A stretch of 64,000 nt of DNA from NCBI GenBank assembly GCA_965644295.1, contig CBFFRP010000009.1, positions 62,001 to 126,000 of the forward strand, given 5' to 3'. The DNA comes from Paraphysomonas bandaiensis (taxonomy: Eukaryota; Protista; Chrysophyceae). How positions within the stretch are numbered: the first letter of the stretch is position 1; every line of letters begins with the position of its first letter. The translations under genes were made by a program, and so were the position numbers. Positions 63,715 through 64,000 of this stretch are shown here, piece after piece. The notes beneath the pieces were generated by a model, which was given only the letters and a program-made list of their open reading frames with translations, was not told where the DNA came from and searched no databases.

Positions 63715-64000
63715 CTATACATCGTCATCGTCAAGCAATTCATCCAAGTCGTCATCATCTACGTCATCTAAGAAGAGATCTTCTTTCACTTCCACCGCAG
63801 GCTCATCAACAGATGCAGTTCCAGTGGCACGTCTAGTGGCAGCAGTCATGGCAGCTGCTATGTTAGCCCCTGTTTCTTGTTCCCCAGCAGCAATAAGTGC
63901 TTCCTCCAATCCGGCGCGATTGGACAAAAACAACTGCTTTCCAGTAGGCTGGTTTTAGACATGGTACGTCAGCCAGGTAACGGAAATATAGGGTTCAAAC
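63715..64000 (-). CDS. RWDD1: C-terminus of RWD-domain protein 1 (DFRP2/Gir2-like), partial
   Basis: TGKQLF followed by the acidic tail VEVKEDLFLDDVDDDDLDE, typical of RWDD1/Gir2. Confidence 0.65.

Noticed and set aside
1-64000. Alternative genetic code or non-canonical introns as the cause of fragmented ORFs
   Set aside because: Every junction I checked resolves with standard GT-AG introns and the standard code.

Overview
This is eukaryotic, intron-rich genomic DNA with short GT-AG introns, mostly about 50 nt. The ciliary genes AK7 and TMEM231 and the gene style suggest a flagellated protist, probably a stramenopile (inference). About 17 protein genes can be reconstructed by splicing, many in head-to-head pairs: an AK7-like protein, a nucleotide-sugar transporter, myosin, threonine synthase, a MED8-like protein, a DUF3395-like repeat protein, an FCS zinc-finger protein, an intronless two-domain voltage-gated channel, ADA2, TMEM231, a DENN-ENTH-DPF endocytic protein, RPA1, a cAMP-receptor-like GPCR, RWDD1 (partial) and two hypothetical proteins. 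The most striking locus is 52389-56558 (-). The ORF track shows it as fragments, but it splices in frame into one polypeptide: signal peptide, polysaccharide-lyase domain (RAE/QLH/YVKIGTY motifs intact), three TM helices, a processive GT2 synthase (DDD, GED, KQRAHRW) and further TMs. It is a candidate synthase-lyase fusion for a uronic-acid polysaccharide. The intergenic DNA holds an unclassified ~450-bp interspersed repeat (6-7 copies, one in a large inverted arrangement), hAT transposase remnants, hAT-like MITEs, two very long (TACA)n microsatellites in promoter regions and a 58-bp minisatellite. All family calls come from motif recognition by eye; no searches were run.
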